Positions 1 through 10,558 of a stretch of 19,921 bases of DNA are shown here, in pieces. The stretch's first letter is position 1, and every line of letters begins with the position of its first letter. The translations under genes were made by a program, and so were the position numbers. The notes under the pieces are model-generated. The model was not told where the DNA came from. It saw nothing but the letters and a program-made list of their open reading frames with translations, and did no database searches. Source of the stretch: Azolla caroliniana (lineage: Eukaryota; Plantae; Polypodiophyta); contig JBHGNT010000586.1 in assembly GCA_043228905.1 (NCBI GenBank), positions 1 to 19,921 of the forward strand, written 5' to 3'.

Positions 1-77
1 CCCACGAATGTTGCAATGGAAACCACACATTGCGATTGTGAAAGGAATTTATGCAAAGAAAGCATAGTTGAAATTGC

Positions 78-161
78 AACCAAGTGTCGGATTGTAACCA
101 ACGACCTAAGGATGGAAATCAACAACACAATCCTCCGCTCTACTAACTAAGCTAAGCTGAA
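78..161 (-). pseudogene. Diverged type-A tRNA-Tyr relic (anticodon position GTG, B box GGTTACAATCC)
   Basis: Plus strand GTCGGATTGTAACCAACGACCTAAGGATGGAAATCAACAACACAATCCTCCGCTCTACTAACTAAGCTAAG aligns to the tRNA-Tyr copies, including the intron. Confidence 0.85.
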
Positions 162-600
162 AGTTGTGTGGAAGACTTCGTATTCATCCAATATAAAAGC
201 AATGATGGATGGATGTTTCTAGCAACAATGCAACATGAATAACATGTTTCCATTGATAGCTTACATATAATACTTGATTTCAAGCTTGCAATGTTGCAAA
301 CCTATCAAATGGTTTAGAGGAAAATCAAATTTTTGATTTAATAAAGGGAGGATACTCAGATAAACGGGAAGTTACAAAGAACGGAGGTGTTGTGCAAAGA
401 TAAATCGATAGATTCTATTAGGTGTGACATTTAAGACGAAATTTATATTTCATTCTACATAATAAAGGTAAAAATGACCATTACATCTAAATGTAAAATA
501 CCTTTACCGATGAATGTTGCAATGCAGAGTGCACATTGCCATTGTAAAACGAATTTATGCAAGGAAATCATAAAAGCTAAAATCCCAAGCAACTTCGAGT

Positions 601-684
601 TCCGACCTGTCAGATTTGAACCAACGACCTAAGGATGAAATTGAACACTACAGTCCTCCGCTCTACCAACTGAGCTAAGATCGA
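601..684 (-). pseudogene. tRNA-Tyr(GTA), intron-containing, degenerate copy
   Basis: 84-nt gene with C1>T (U1-G72), U5-G68 and C62>T. The intron TGTTCAATTTC lacks the G at -3 that pairs with C32. Confidence 0.7.
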
Positions 685-1087
685 AGGTGTGGAAAAGCTT
701 CCATATTTCTCAATTATCAACGCAAAAATGGACACGACATCTATACCAGGTTTTGATTAATGACTAACATGTAATGCTGAATGTCAAGCTTCCAATATTG
801 CAGATATATTATATTAGTGACCATTGTGAGATGCTGGATTTTATATAGGGAAGATGTTTAGATGAACAAGGGGTTACAACGAACGGAGATACTAATTAAA
901 GATAGATAGATAGATAGATTGTATTATATTTGACCTCTAAGACGACAAATATTTCATTTCAAGTAATGAGGGTGAAAGGGAGCACTAGATCTACATGTTC
1001 AAAACCTTTTCCCATGAATGTTGCAATGGAGACCACACATTGCGATTGTGAAAGGAATTTATGCAAAGAAAGCATAGTTGAAATTGC

Positions 1088-1133
1088 AACCAACTGTCGG
1101 ATTATAACCAATGACCTAAGGATGGCAATCAAC
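1088..1133 (-). pseudogene. 3'-half fragment of the type-A relic (also ~2853-2898, 4618-4663, 6938-6983, 9711-9756)
   Basis: ..AAGGATGGCAATCAAC joins directly to GGGAAGTGACAAAG. This shared ~240-bp deletion defines the short (~0.76-kb) unit. Confidence 0.8.
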
Positions 1134-1368
1134 GGGAAGTGACAAAGAACGGAGGTGTTGTGCAAAGATAAATTGATAGATTCTATTAGGTGTGACATTT
1201 AAGACGGAATTTATATTTCATTCTACATAATAAAGGTAAAAATGAGCATTACATCTACATGTAAAACACCTTTACCGAAGCATGTTGCAATACAAAGTGC
1301 ACATTGCCATTGGAAAAGGAATTTATGCAAGGAAATCATAAAAGCTGAAATCGCAAGCAACTTCGAGT

Positions 1369-1452
1369 TCCGATCTGTCGGATTTGAACCAACGACCTAA
1401 GGATGACAATAAACACTACAGTCCTCCGCTCTACCAACTGAGCTAAGATCGG
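1369..1452 (-). tRNA. trnY: tRNA-Tyr(GTA) with 11-nt intron; U5-A68 acceptor variant
   Basis: Reverse complement CCGATCTTAGCTCAGTTGGTAGAGCGGAGGACTGTAG-TGTTTATTGTC-ATCCTTAGGTCGTTGGTTCAAATCCGACAGATCGGA. Full cloverleaf, A and B boxes, C1-G72 and A73. Confidence 0.88.
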
Positions 1453-1846
1453 AGGTGTGGAAAAGCTTCCATATTTCTCAATTATAGACGCAAAAGTGGA
1501 CATCTATACCAGGTTTTGATTAATGACTAACATGTAATGCTGAATGTCAAGCTTCCAACATTGCAGATATATTATATTAGTGAGCATTGTGAGATGCTGG
1601 ATTTTATATAGGGATGATGTTTAGACGAACAAGGGGTTACAACGAACGGAGGTATTGCTTAAAGATAGATAGATAGATTGTATTATATTTGACCTCTGAG
1701 ACGAACAATATTTCATTTCACGTAATAAGGGTGAAAGTGAGAACTAGATCTTGATGTTCAACACCTTTTCCCATGAATGTTGCAATGGAGACCAAACATT
1801 GCGATTGTGAAAGGAATTTATGCAAACAAAGCATAGTTGAAATTGC

Positions 1847-1930
1847 AACCAACTGTCGGATTGTAACCAACGACCTAAGGATGGAAATAAACAACACAAT
1901 CCTCCGCTCTACCAACTAAGCTAAGCTGAA
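1847..1930 (-). pseudogene. Diverged type-A tRNA-Tyr relic
   Basis: Same relic as 78-161. Confidence 0.85.
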
Positions 1931-2369
1931 AGTTGTGTGAAAGACTTCGTATTCATCCAATATAGAAGCAATAATGGATGGATGTTCCTAGCAAAAACGC
2001 AACATGAATAACATGTTTCGATTGATAGCGTACATATAATACTTGATTTCAAGCTTGCAATGTTGCAAACCTATCAAATGGTTAAGAGGAAAATCAAATT
2101 TTTGATTTAATAAAGGGAGGATACTCAGGTAAACGGGAAGTTACAAAGAACGGAGGTGTTGTGCAAAGATAAATCGATAGATTCTATTAGGTGTGACATT
2201 TAAGACGAAATTTATATTTCATTCTACATAATAAAGGTAAAAATGACCATTACATCTAAATGTAAAATACCTATATCGATGAATGTTGCAATGCAGAGTG
2301 GACAATGCCATTGTAAAAGGAATTTATGCAAGGAAATCATAAAAGCTAAAATCCCAAGCAACTTCGAGT

Positions 2370-2453
2370 TCCGACCTGTCGGATTTGAACCAACGACCTA
2401 AGGATGACAATGAACACTACAGTCCTCCGCTCTACCAACTGAGCTAAGATCGG
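2370..2453 (-). tRNA. trnY: tRNA-Tyr(GTA) with 11-nt intron; U5-G68 wobble variant
   Basis: Acceptor CCGATCT/AGGTCGG, GTA anticodon, intron TGTTCATTGTC after position 37, intact T-loop TTCAAAT. Confidence 0.85.
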
Positions 2454-3133
2454 AGGTGTGGAAAAGCTTCCATATTTCTCAATTATAGACGCAAAAATGG
2501 ACACAACATCTATACCAGGTTTTGATTAATGACTAACATGTAATGCTGAATGTCAAGCTTCCAACATTGCAGATATATTATATTAGTGACCATTGTGAGA
2601 TGCTGGATTTTATATAGGGAAGATGTTTAGACGAACAAGGAGTTACAACGAACGGAGATACTACTTAAAGATAGATAGATAGATTGTATTATATTTGACC
2701 TCGAAGACGACAAATATTTCATTTCAAGTAATCAGGGTGAAAGGGAGCACTAGATCTAGATGTTCCACACCTTTTCCCATGAATGTTGCAATGGAGACCA
2801 CACATTGCGATTCTGAAAGGAATTTATGCAAAGAAAGCATAGTTGAAATTGCAACCAACTGTCGGATTGTAACCAACGACCTAAGGATGGCAATCAATGG
2901 GAAGGGACAAAGAACGGAGGTGTTGTGCAAAGATAAATCGATAGATTCTATTAGGTGTGACATTTAAGACGGAATTTATATTTCATTCTACATAATAAAG
3001 GTAAAAATGACCATTACATCAAGATGTAAAACAACTTTACCGAAGAATGTTGCAATACAAAGTGCACATTGCCATTGGAAAAGGAATTTATGCAAGGAAA
3101 TCATAAAAGCTGGAATCGCAAGCAACTTCGAGT

Positions 3134-3217
3134 TCCGATCTGTCGGATTTGAACCAACGTCCTAAGGATGACAATAAACACTACAATCCTCCGCTCTACC
3201 AACTGAGCTAAGATCGG
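3134..3217 (-). tRNA. trnY: tRNA-Tyr(GTA) with intron, mildly mutated (C32>T, variable-loop change)
   Basis: Acceptor CCGATCT/AGATCGG pairs fully. Anticodon loop reads TTGTAG and the variable loop AGGAC. Confidence 0.65.
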
Positions 3218-3611
3218 AGGTGTGGAAAAGCTTCAATATTTCTCAATTATAGACGCAAAAATGGACATCTATACCAGGTTTTGATTAATGACTAACATGT
3301 AATGCTGAATGTCAAGCTTCCAACATTGCAGATATATTATATTAGTGAGCATTGTCAGATGCTGGATTTTATATAGGGATGATGTTTAGACGAACAAGGG
3401 GTTAAAACGAACGGAGGTATTGCTTAAAGATAGATAGATAGATTGTATTATATTTGACCTTTGAGACGACCAATATTTCATTTCAAGTAATAAAGGTGAA
3501 AGTGAGCACTAGATCTAGATTTTTAACACCTTTTCCCATTAATGTTGCAATGGAGACCACACATTGCGATTGTGAAAGGAATTTATGCAAAGAAAGCATA
3601 GTTGAAATTGC

Positions 3612-3695
3612 AACCAACTGTCGGATTGTAACCAACGACCTAAGGATGGAAATCAACAACACAATCCTCCGCTCTACCAACTAAGCTAAGCTGAA
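3612..3695 (-). pseudogene. Diverged type-A tRNA-Tyr relic
   Basis: Same relic as 78-161. Confidence 0.85.
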
Positions 3696-4134
3696 AGTTG
3701 TGTGGAAGACTTCGTATTCATCCAATATAGAAGCAATGATGGATGGATGTTCCTAGCAACAATGCAACATGAATAACATGTTTCCATTGATAGCTTACAT
3801 ATAATACTTGATTTCAAGCTTGCAATGTTGCAAACCTATCAAATGGTTAAGAGGAAAATCAAATTTTTGATTTAATAAAGGGAGGATACTCAGATAAACG
3901 GGAAGTTACAAAGAACGGAGGTGTTGTGCAAAGATAAATCGATAGATTCTATTAGGTGTGACATTTAAGACGAAATTTATATTTCATTCTACATAATAAA
4001 GGTAAAAATGACCATTACATCTTAATGTAAAATACCTATATCGATGAATGTTGCAATGCAGAGTGCACAATGCCATTGTAAAAGGAATTTATGCAAGGAA
4101 ATCATAAAAGCTAAAATCCCAAGCAACTTCGAGT

Positions 4135-4218
4135 TTCGACCTATCGGATTTGAACCAACGACCTAAGAATGACAATGAACACTACAGTCCTGCGCTCTAC
4201 CAACTGAGCTAAGATCGG
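4135..4218 (-). pseudogene. tRNA-Tyr pseudogene
   Basis: G72>A, C65>T and anticodon-stem substitutions (plus strand TTTCGACCTATCGG, CTAAGAAT, TCCTGCGC) break the stems. Confidence 0.8.
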
Positions 4219-4899
4219 AAGTGTGGAAAAGCTTCCATATTTCTCAATTATAGACGCAAAAATGGACACAACATCTATACCAGGTTTTGATTAATGACTA
4301 ACATGTAATGCTGAATGTCAAGCTTCCAACATTGCAGATATATTATATTAGTGAGCATTGTCAAATACTGGATTTTATATAGGGATGATGTTTAGACGAA
4401 CAAGGGGTTACAACGAACAGAGATACTACTTAAAGATAGATAGATAGATTGTATTATATTTGACCTCTAAGACGACAAATATTTCATTTCAAGTAATAAG
4501 GGTGAAAGTGAGCACTAGATCTAGATGTTCAACACCTTTTCCCATGAATGTTGCAATGGAGACCACACATTGCGATTGTGAAAGGAATTTATGCAAAGAA
4601 AGCATAGTTGAAATTGCAACCAACTGTCGGATTGTAACCAACGACCTAAGGATGGCAATCAAAGGGGAAGTGACAAAGAACAGAAGTGTTGTGCAAAGAT
4701 AAATCGATAGATTCTATTAGGTGTGACATTTAAGACGGAATTTATATTTCATTCTACATAATAAAGGTAGAAATGACCATTACATCTACATGTAAAACAC
4801 CTTTACCGAAGAATGTTGCAATGCGAAGTGCACATTGCCATTGGAAAAGGAATTTATGCAAGGGAATCATAAAAGCTGAAATCGCAAGCAACTTTGAGT

Positions 4900-4983
4900 T
4901 CCGACCTGTCGGATTTGAACCAACGACCTAAGGATGACAATGAACACTACAGTCCTCCGCTCTACCAACTGAGCTAAGGTCGG
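4900..4983 (-). tRNA. trnY: tRNA-Tyr(GTA) with 11-nt intron; canonical plant-type acceptor stem
   Basis: Reverse complement CCGACCTTAGCTCAGTTGGTAGAGCGGAGGACTGTAG-TGTTCATTGTC-ATCCTTAGGTCGTTGGTTCAAATCCGACAGGTCGGA. The 5' half matches the land-plant cytosolic tRNA-Tyr; a T4 run lies ~26 nt downstream. Confidence 0.93.
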
Positions 4984-5382
4984 AGGTGTGGAAAAGCTTT
5001 CATATTTCTCCGTTATAGACGCAAAAATGGAGACAACATCTATATCGAGTTTTGATTGATGACTAACATCTAATGCTGAATGTCAAGCCTACAACATTGC
5101 AGATATATTATATTAGTGAGCATTGTCATATTCACGATTTTATATAGGGATGATGTTTAGACGAATAACGGGTTACAACGAACGGAGGTATAGCTTAAAG
5201 ATAAATAAATAGATTGGATTATATTTGACCTCTGAGACAAACAATATTTCATTTCACGTAATAAGGGTGAATGTGAGCACTAGATCTAGATGTTCAACAC
5301 CTTCTCCCATGAATGTTGCAATGGAGACCAAACATTGCGATTGTGAATGGAATTTATGCAAAGAAAGCATAGTTGAAATTGC

Positions 5383-5480
5383 AACCAACTGTCGGATTCG
5401 ATATGTCGGATTGTAACCAACAACCTAAGGATGGCAATCAACAACACAATCCTCCGCTCTACCAACTAAGCTAAGGTGAA
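5383..5480 (-). pseudogene. Diverged type-A tRNA-Tyr relic, form with 14 extra bp
   Basis: Contains TGTCGGATT-CGATA-TGTCGGATT. Confidence 0.85.
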
Positions 5481-5931
5481 AGTTGTGTGAAAGACTTCGT
5501 ATTCATCCAATCTAGAAGCAACTAAGCTAAGGTCTACCAACTAAGCTTCCATATTTCTCAATTATAGACGCAAAAATGGGCACAACATCTATACCAAGTT
5601 TTGATTGATGAATAACATGTAAAGCTGAATGTCAAGCCTGCAACATTGCAGATATATTATATTAGTGAGCATTGTCAGATGCTGGATTTTATATAGGGAT
5701 GATGTTTAGACGAACAAAGGGTTACAACGAACGGAGGTATTGCTTAAAGATAGATAGATAGATTGTATTATATTTGACTTCTGAGACGACCAATATTTCA
5801 TTTCAAGTAATAAAGGTGAAAGTGAGCACTAGATCTAGATGTTTAACACCTTTTCCCATGAATGTTGCAATGGAGACCAAACATTGCGATTTTGACAGGA
5901 CTTTATGCAAACAAAGCATAGTTGAAATTGC

Positions 5932-6015
5932 AACCAACTGTCGGATTGTAACCAATGACCTAAGGACAGAAATCAACAACACAATCCTCCGCTCTACCAA
6001 CTAAGCTAAGCTGAA
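5932..6015 (-). pseudogene. Diverged type-A tRNA-Tyr relic
   Basis: Same relic as 78-161. Confidence 0.85.
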
Positions 6016-6454
6016 AGTTGTGTGAAAGACTTCGTATTCATCCAATATAAAAGCAATGATGGATGGATGTTCCTAGCGACAACGCAACATGAATAACATG
6101 TTTCCATTGATAGCTTAAATATAATACTTGATTTCAAGCTTGCAATGTTGCAAACCTATCATATGGTTTAGAGGAAAATCAAATTTTTGATTTAATAAAG
6201 GGAGGATACTCCGATAAACGGGAAGTGACAAAGAACGGAGGTGTTGTGCAAAGATAAATCGATAGATTCTATTAGGTGTGACATTTAAGACGAAATTAAT
6301 ATTTCATTCTACATAATAAAGGTAAAAATGACCATTACATCTAAATGTAAACTACCTTTACCGATGAATGTTGCAATGCAGAGTGCACATTGCCATTGTA
6401 AAAGGAATTTATGCAAGGAAATCATAAAAGCTGAAATAGCGAGCAACTTCGAGT

Positions 6455-6538
6455 TCCGACCTGTCGGATTTGAACCAACGACCTAAGGATGACAATGAAC
6501 ACTACAGTCCTCCGCTCTACCAACTGAGCTAAGATCGG
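6455..6538 (-). tRNA. trnY: tRNA-Tyr(GTA) with 11-nt intron; U5-G68 variant
   Basis: Gene body identical to the 2370-2453 copy. Confidence 0.85.
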
Positions 6539-7218
6539 AGGTGTGGAAAAGCTTCCATATTTCTCAATTATAGACGCAAAAATGGACACAACATCTATAC
6601 CAGGTTTTGATTAATGACTAACATGTAATGCTGAATGTCAAGCTTCCAACATTGCAGATATATTATATTAGTGACCATTGTGAGATGCTGGATTTTATAT
6701 AGGGAAGATGTTTAGATGAACAAGGGGTTACAACGAACGGAGATACTACTTAAAGATAGATAGATAGATTGTATTATATTTGACCTCTAAGACGACAAAT
6801 ATTTCATTTCAAGTAATGAGGGTGAAAGGGAGCACTAGATCTACATGTTCAACACCTTTTCCCATGAATGTTGCAATGGAGACCACACATTGCGATTGTG
6901 AAAGGAATTTATGCAAAGAAAGCATAGTTGAAATTGCAACCAGCTGTCGGATTATAACCAACGACCTAAGGATGGCAATCAACGGGAAGTGACAAAGAAC
7001 GGAGGTGTTGTGCAAAGCTAAATTGATAGATTCTATTAGGTGTGACATTTAAGACGGAATTTATATTTCATTCTACATAATAAAGGTAAAAATGACCATT
7101 ACATCTACATGTAAAACACCTTTACCGAAGCATGTTGCAATACAAAGTGCACATTGCCATTGGAAAAGGAATTTATGCAAGGAAATCATAAAAGCTGAAA
7201 TCGCAAGCAACTTCGAGT

Positions 7219-7302
7219 TCCGATCTGTCGGATTTGAACCAACGACCTAAGGATGACAATAAACACTACAGTCCTCCGCTCTACCAACTGAGCTAAGATC
7301 GG
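7219..7302 (-). tRNA. trnY: tRNA-Tyr(GTA) with 11-nt intron; U5-A68 variant
   Basis: Gene body identical to the 1369-1452 copy. Confidence 0.88.
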
Positions 7303-7696
7303 AGGTGTGGAAAAGCTTCCATATTTCTCAATTATAGACGCAAAAGTGGACATCTATACCAAGTTTTGATTAATGACTAACATGTAATGCTGAATGTCAA
7401 GCTTCCAACATTGCAGATATATTATATTAGTGAGCATTGTCAGATGCTGGATTTTATATAGGGATGATGTTTAGACGAACAAGGGGTTACAACGAACGGA
7501 GGTATTGCTAAAAGATAGATGGATAGATTGTATTATATTTGACCTCTGAGACGAACAATATTTCATTTCACGTAATAAGGGTGAAAGTGAGAACTAGATC
7601 TTGATGTTCAACACCTTTTCCCATGAATGTTGCAATGGAGACCAAACATTGCGATTGTGAAAGGAATTTATACAAACAAAGCATAGTTGAAATTGC

Positions 7697-7794
7697 AACC
7701 AACTGTCGGATTCGATATGTCGGATTGTAACCAACAACCTAAGGATGGAAATCAACAACACAATCCTCCGCTCTAACAACTAAGCTAAGCTGAA
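7697..7794 (-). pseudogene. Diverged type-A tRNA-Tyr relic, form with 14 extra bp
   Basis: As 5383-5480. Confidence 0.85.
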
Positions 7795-8216
7795 AGTTGT
7801 GTGAAAGAATTCGTATTCATCCAATATAGAAGCAATGATGGATGGATGTTCCTAGCGACAACGCAACATGAATAACCTGTTTCCATTGATAGCTTACATA
7901 TAATACTTGATTTCAAGCTTGCAATATTGCAAACCTGTTCAATGGTTTATAGCAAAGTAAAATTTTCGATTTAATAAAGGGACAATACTCAGATCAACGG
8001 GAAGTGACAAATAACGCAGGTGTTGTGCAAAGATAAATCGATAGATTCTATTAGGTGTGACATTTAAGACGGAATTTATATTTCATTCTACATAATAAAG
8101 GTAAAAATGACCATTACATCTACATGTAAAACACCTTTACCGATGAATGTTGCAATGCAGAGTGCACATTGCTATTGGAAAAGGAATTTATGCAAAGAAA
8201 TCATAAAAGATGAAAA

Positions 8217-8291
8217 TCGGATTTGAACCAACGACCTAAGGATGACAATGAACACTACAGTCCTCCGCTCTACCAACTGAGCTAAGGTCGG
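8217..8291 (-). pseudogene. tRNA-Tyr lacking its 3' acceptor strand
   Basis: Plus strand TGAAAATCGGATTTGAACC: the usual GCAAGCAACTTCGAGTTCCGACCTG segment is deleted between TCG microhomologies. Confidence 0.85.
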
Positions 8292-8690
8292 AGGTGTGGA
8301 AAAGCTTCCATATTTCTCCGTTATAGACGCAAAAATGGAGACAACATTTATATCGAGTTTTGATTGATGACTAACATCTAATGCTGAATGTCAAGCCTAC
8401 AACATTGCAGATATATTATATTAGTGAGCATTGTCATATTCACGATTTTATATAGGGATGATGTTTAGACGAATAACGGGTTACAACGAACGGAGGTATA
8501 GCTTAAAGATAGATAAATAGATTGGATTATATTTGACCTCTGAGACAAACAATATTTCATTTCACGTAATAAGGGTGAATGTGAGCACTAGATCTAGATG
8601 TTCAACACCTTCTCCCATGAATGTTGGAATGGAGACCAAACATTGCGATTGTGAATGGAATTTATGCAAAGAAAGCATAGTTGAAATTGC

Positions 8691-8788
8691 AACCAACTGT
8701 CGGATTCGATATGTCGGATTGTAACCAACAACATAAGGATGGCAATCAACAACACAATCCTCCGCTCTAACAACTAAGCTAAGCTGAA
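8691..8788 (-). pseudogene. Diverged type-A tRNA-Tyr relic, form with 14 extra bp
   Basis: As 5383-5480. Confidence 0.85.
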
Positions 8789-9227
8789 AGTTGTGTGAAA
8801 GACTTCGTATTCATCCAATATAGAAGCAATGATGGAAGGATGTTCCTAGGGACAACGCAACATGAATAACATGTTTCCATTGATAGCTTACATATAATAC
8901 TTGATTTCGAGCTTGCAATATTGCAAACCTGTTCAATGGTTTATAGCAAAGTCAAATTTTCGATTTAATAAAGGGACAATACTCAGATAAACGGGAAGTG
9001 ACAAAGAACGGAGGTGTTGTGCAAAGATAAATCGATAGATTCTATTAGGTGTGACATTTAAGACGAAATTTATATTTCATTCTACATAATAAAGGTAAAA
9101 ATGACCATTACCTCTACATGTAAAACACCTTTGCCGAAGAATGTTGCAATGCAGAGTGCACATTGCTATTGGAAAAGGAATTTATGCAAGGAAATCATAA
9201 AAGCTGAAATCACAAGCAACTTCGAGT

Positions 9228-9311
9228 TCCGACCTGTTAGATTTGTACCAACGACCTAAGGATTACAATGAACACTACAGTCCTCCGCTCTACCAACTAA
9301 GCTAAGGTCGG
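9228..9311 (-). pseudogene. tRNA-Tyr pseudogene
   Basis: T-arm mutated (GGTACAAATCTAAC, B box broken), C13>T and an altered intron end. Confidence 0.8.
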
Positions 9312-9991
9312 AGGTGTGGAAAAGCTTCCATATTTCTCAATTATAGACGCAAAAATGGACACAACATTTATACCAAGTTTTGATTGATGACTAACATCTA
9401 ATGTTGAATGTGAAGCCTACAACATTGTAAATATATTTTATTAGTTACCATTGTTAGATTTTCGATTTTATATAGGGATGATGTTTAGACGAACAAGGGG
9501 TTACAATGAACAGATGTATATCTTAAAGATAGATAGATAGATTGTATTATATTTGACATCTGAGACGAACAATATTTCATTTAACGTAATAAGGGTGAAA
9601 GTGAGCACTCGATCTAGATGTTCAACACCTTTTCCCATGAATGTTGCAATGGAGACCACACATTGCGATTCTGAAAGGAATCTATGCAAAGAAAGCATAG
9701 TTGAAATTGCAACCAACTGTCGGATTGTAACCAAAGACCTAAGGATGGCAATGAACGGGAAGTGACAAAGAGCGGAGGTGTCGTGCAAAGATAAATCGAT
9801 TGATTCTATTAGGTGTGACATTTAAGACAGAATTTATATTTTATTATACATAATAAAGGTAAAAATGACCATTACATCTACATGTAAAACACCTTTATCG
9901 AAGAATGTTGCAATGCAAAGTGCACATTGCCATTGGTAAAGGAATTTATGCAAGGAAATCATAAAAGCTGAAATTGCAAGCAACTTCGAGT

Positions 9992-10075
9992 TCCGACCTG
10001 TCAGATTTGAACCAACGACCTAAGGATGACAGTGAACACTACAGTCCTCCGCTCTACCAACTGAGCTAAGGGCCC
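9992..10075 (-). pseudogene. tRNA-Tyr pseudogene
   Basis: 5' acceptor strand reads GGGCCCT and cannot pair fully with AGGTCGG; C62>T. Confidence 0.8.
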
Positions 10076-10474
10076 AAGTGTGGGTAAGCTTGCATATTTC
10101 TTAATTATAGACGCAAAAATGGACACAACATTTATACCGAGTTTTGATTGATGACTAACATGTAATGTTGAATGTCAAGCCTACAACATTGCAGATATAT
10201 TATATTAGTGACCATTGTCAAATTTTCGATTTTATATAGGGATGATGTTTAGACGAACAACGGGTTACAACGAACGGAGGTATATCTTAAAGATAGATAG
10301 ATAGATTGTATTATATTTGACCTCTGAGACGAACAATATTTCATTTCACGTAATAAGGGTGAAAGTGAGCACTAGATCTAGATGTTCAACACCTTTTCCC
10401 ATGAATGTTGCAATGGAGACCACACAGTGCGATTCTGAAAGGAATTTATGCAGAGAAAGCATAGTTGAAATTGC

Positions 10475-10558
10475 AACCAACTGTCGGATTGTAACCAACG
10501 ACCTAAGAATGGCAATCAACAACACAATCCTCCATTGGACCAACTAAGCTAAGCTAAA
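10475..10558 (-). pseudogene. Diverged type-A tRNA-Tyr relic, further decayed
   Basis: As 78-161, with the D-arm region changed to TCCATTGGACC. Confidence 0.8.

Noticed and set aside
1847-1930. Functional tRNA-His(GTG) with a compensated acceptor stem (TCAGCT/AGTTGG)
   Set aside because: The 3' strand appears to be flanking DNA brought in by a 14-bp deletion, so the pairing is probably coincidental. The B box is broken, position 37 is T and there is a U1-U72 mismatch.
930-10547. Recurrent 60-106 aa ORFs (MTSKTT.., MSHLIES.., MVERRIV..) as a peptide gene family
   Set aside because: They are by-products of the tandem repeat: many rely on non-ATG starts, stops vary between copies, they overlap tRNA relics on both strands, and no domain is recognisable.
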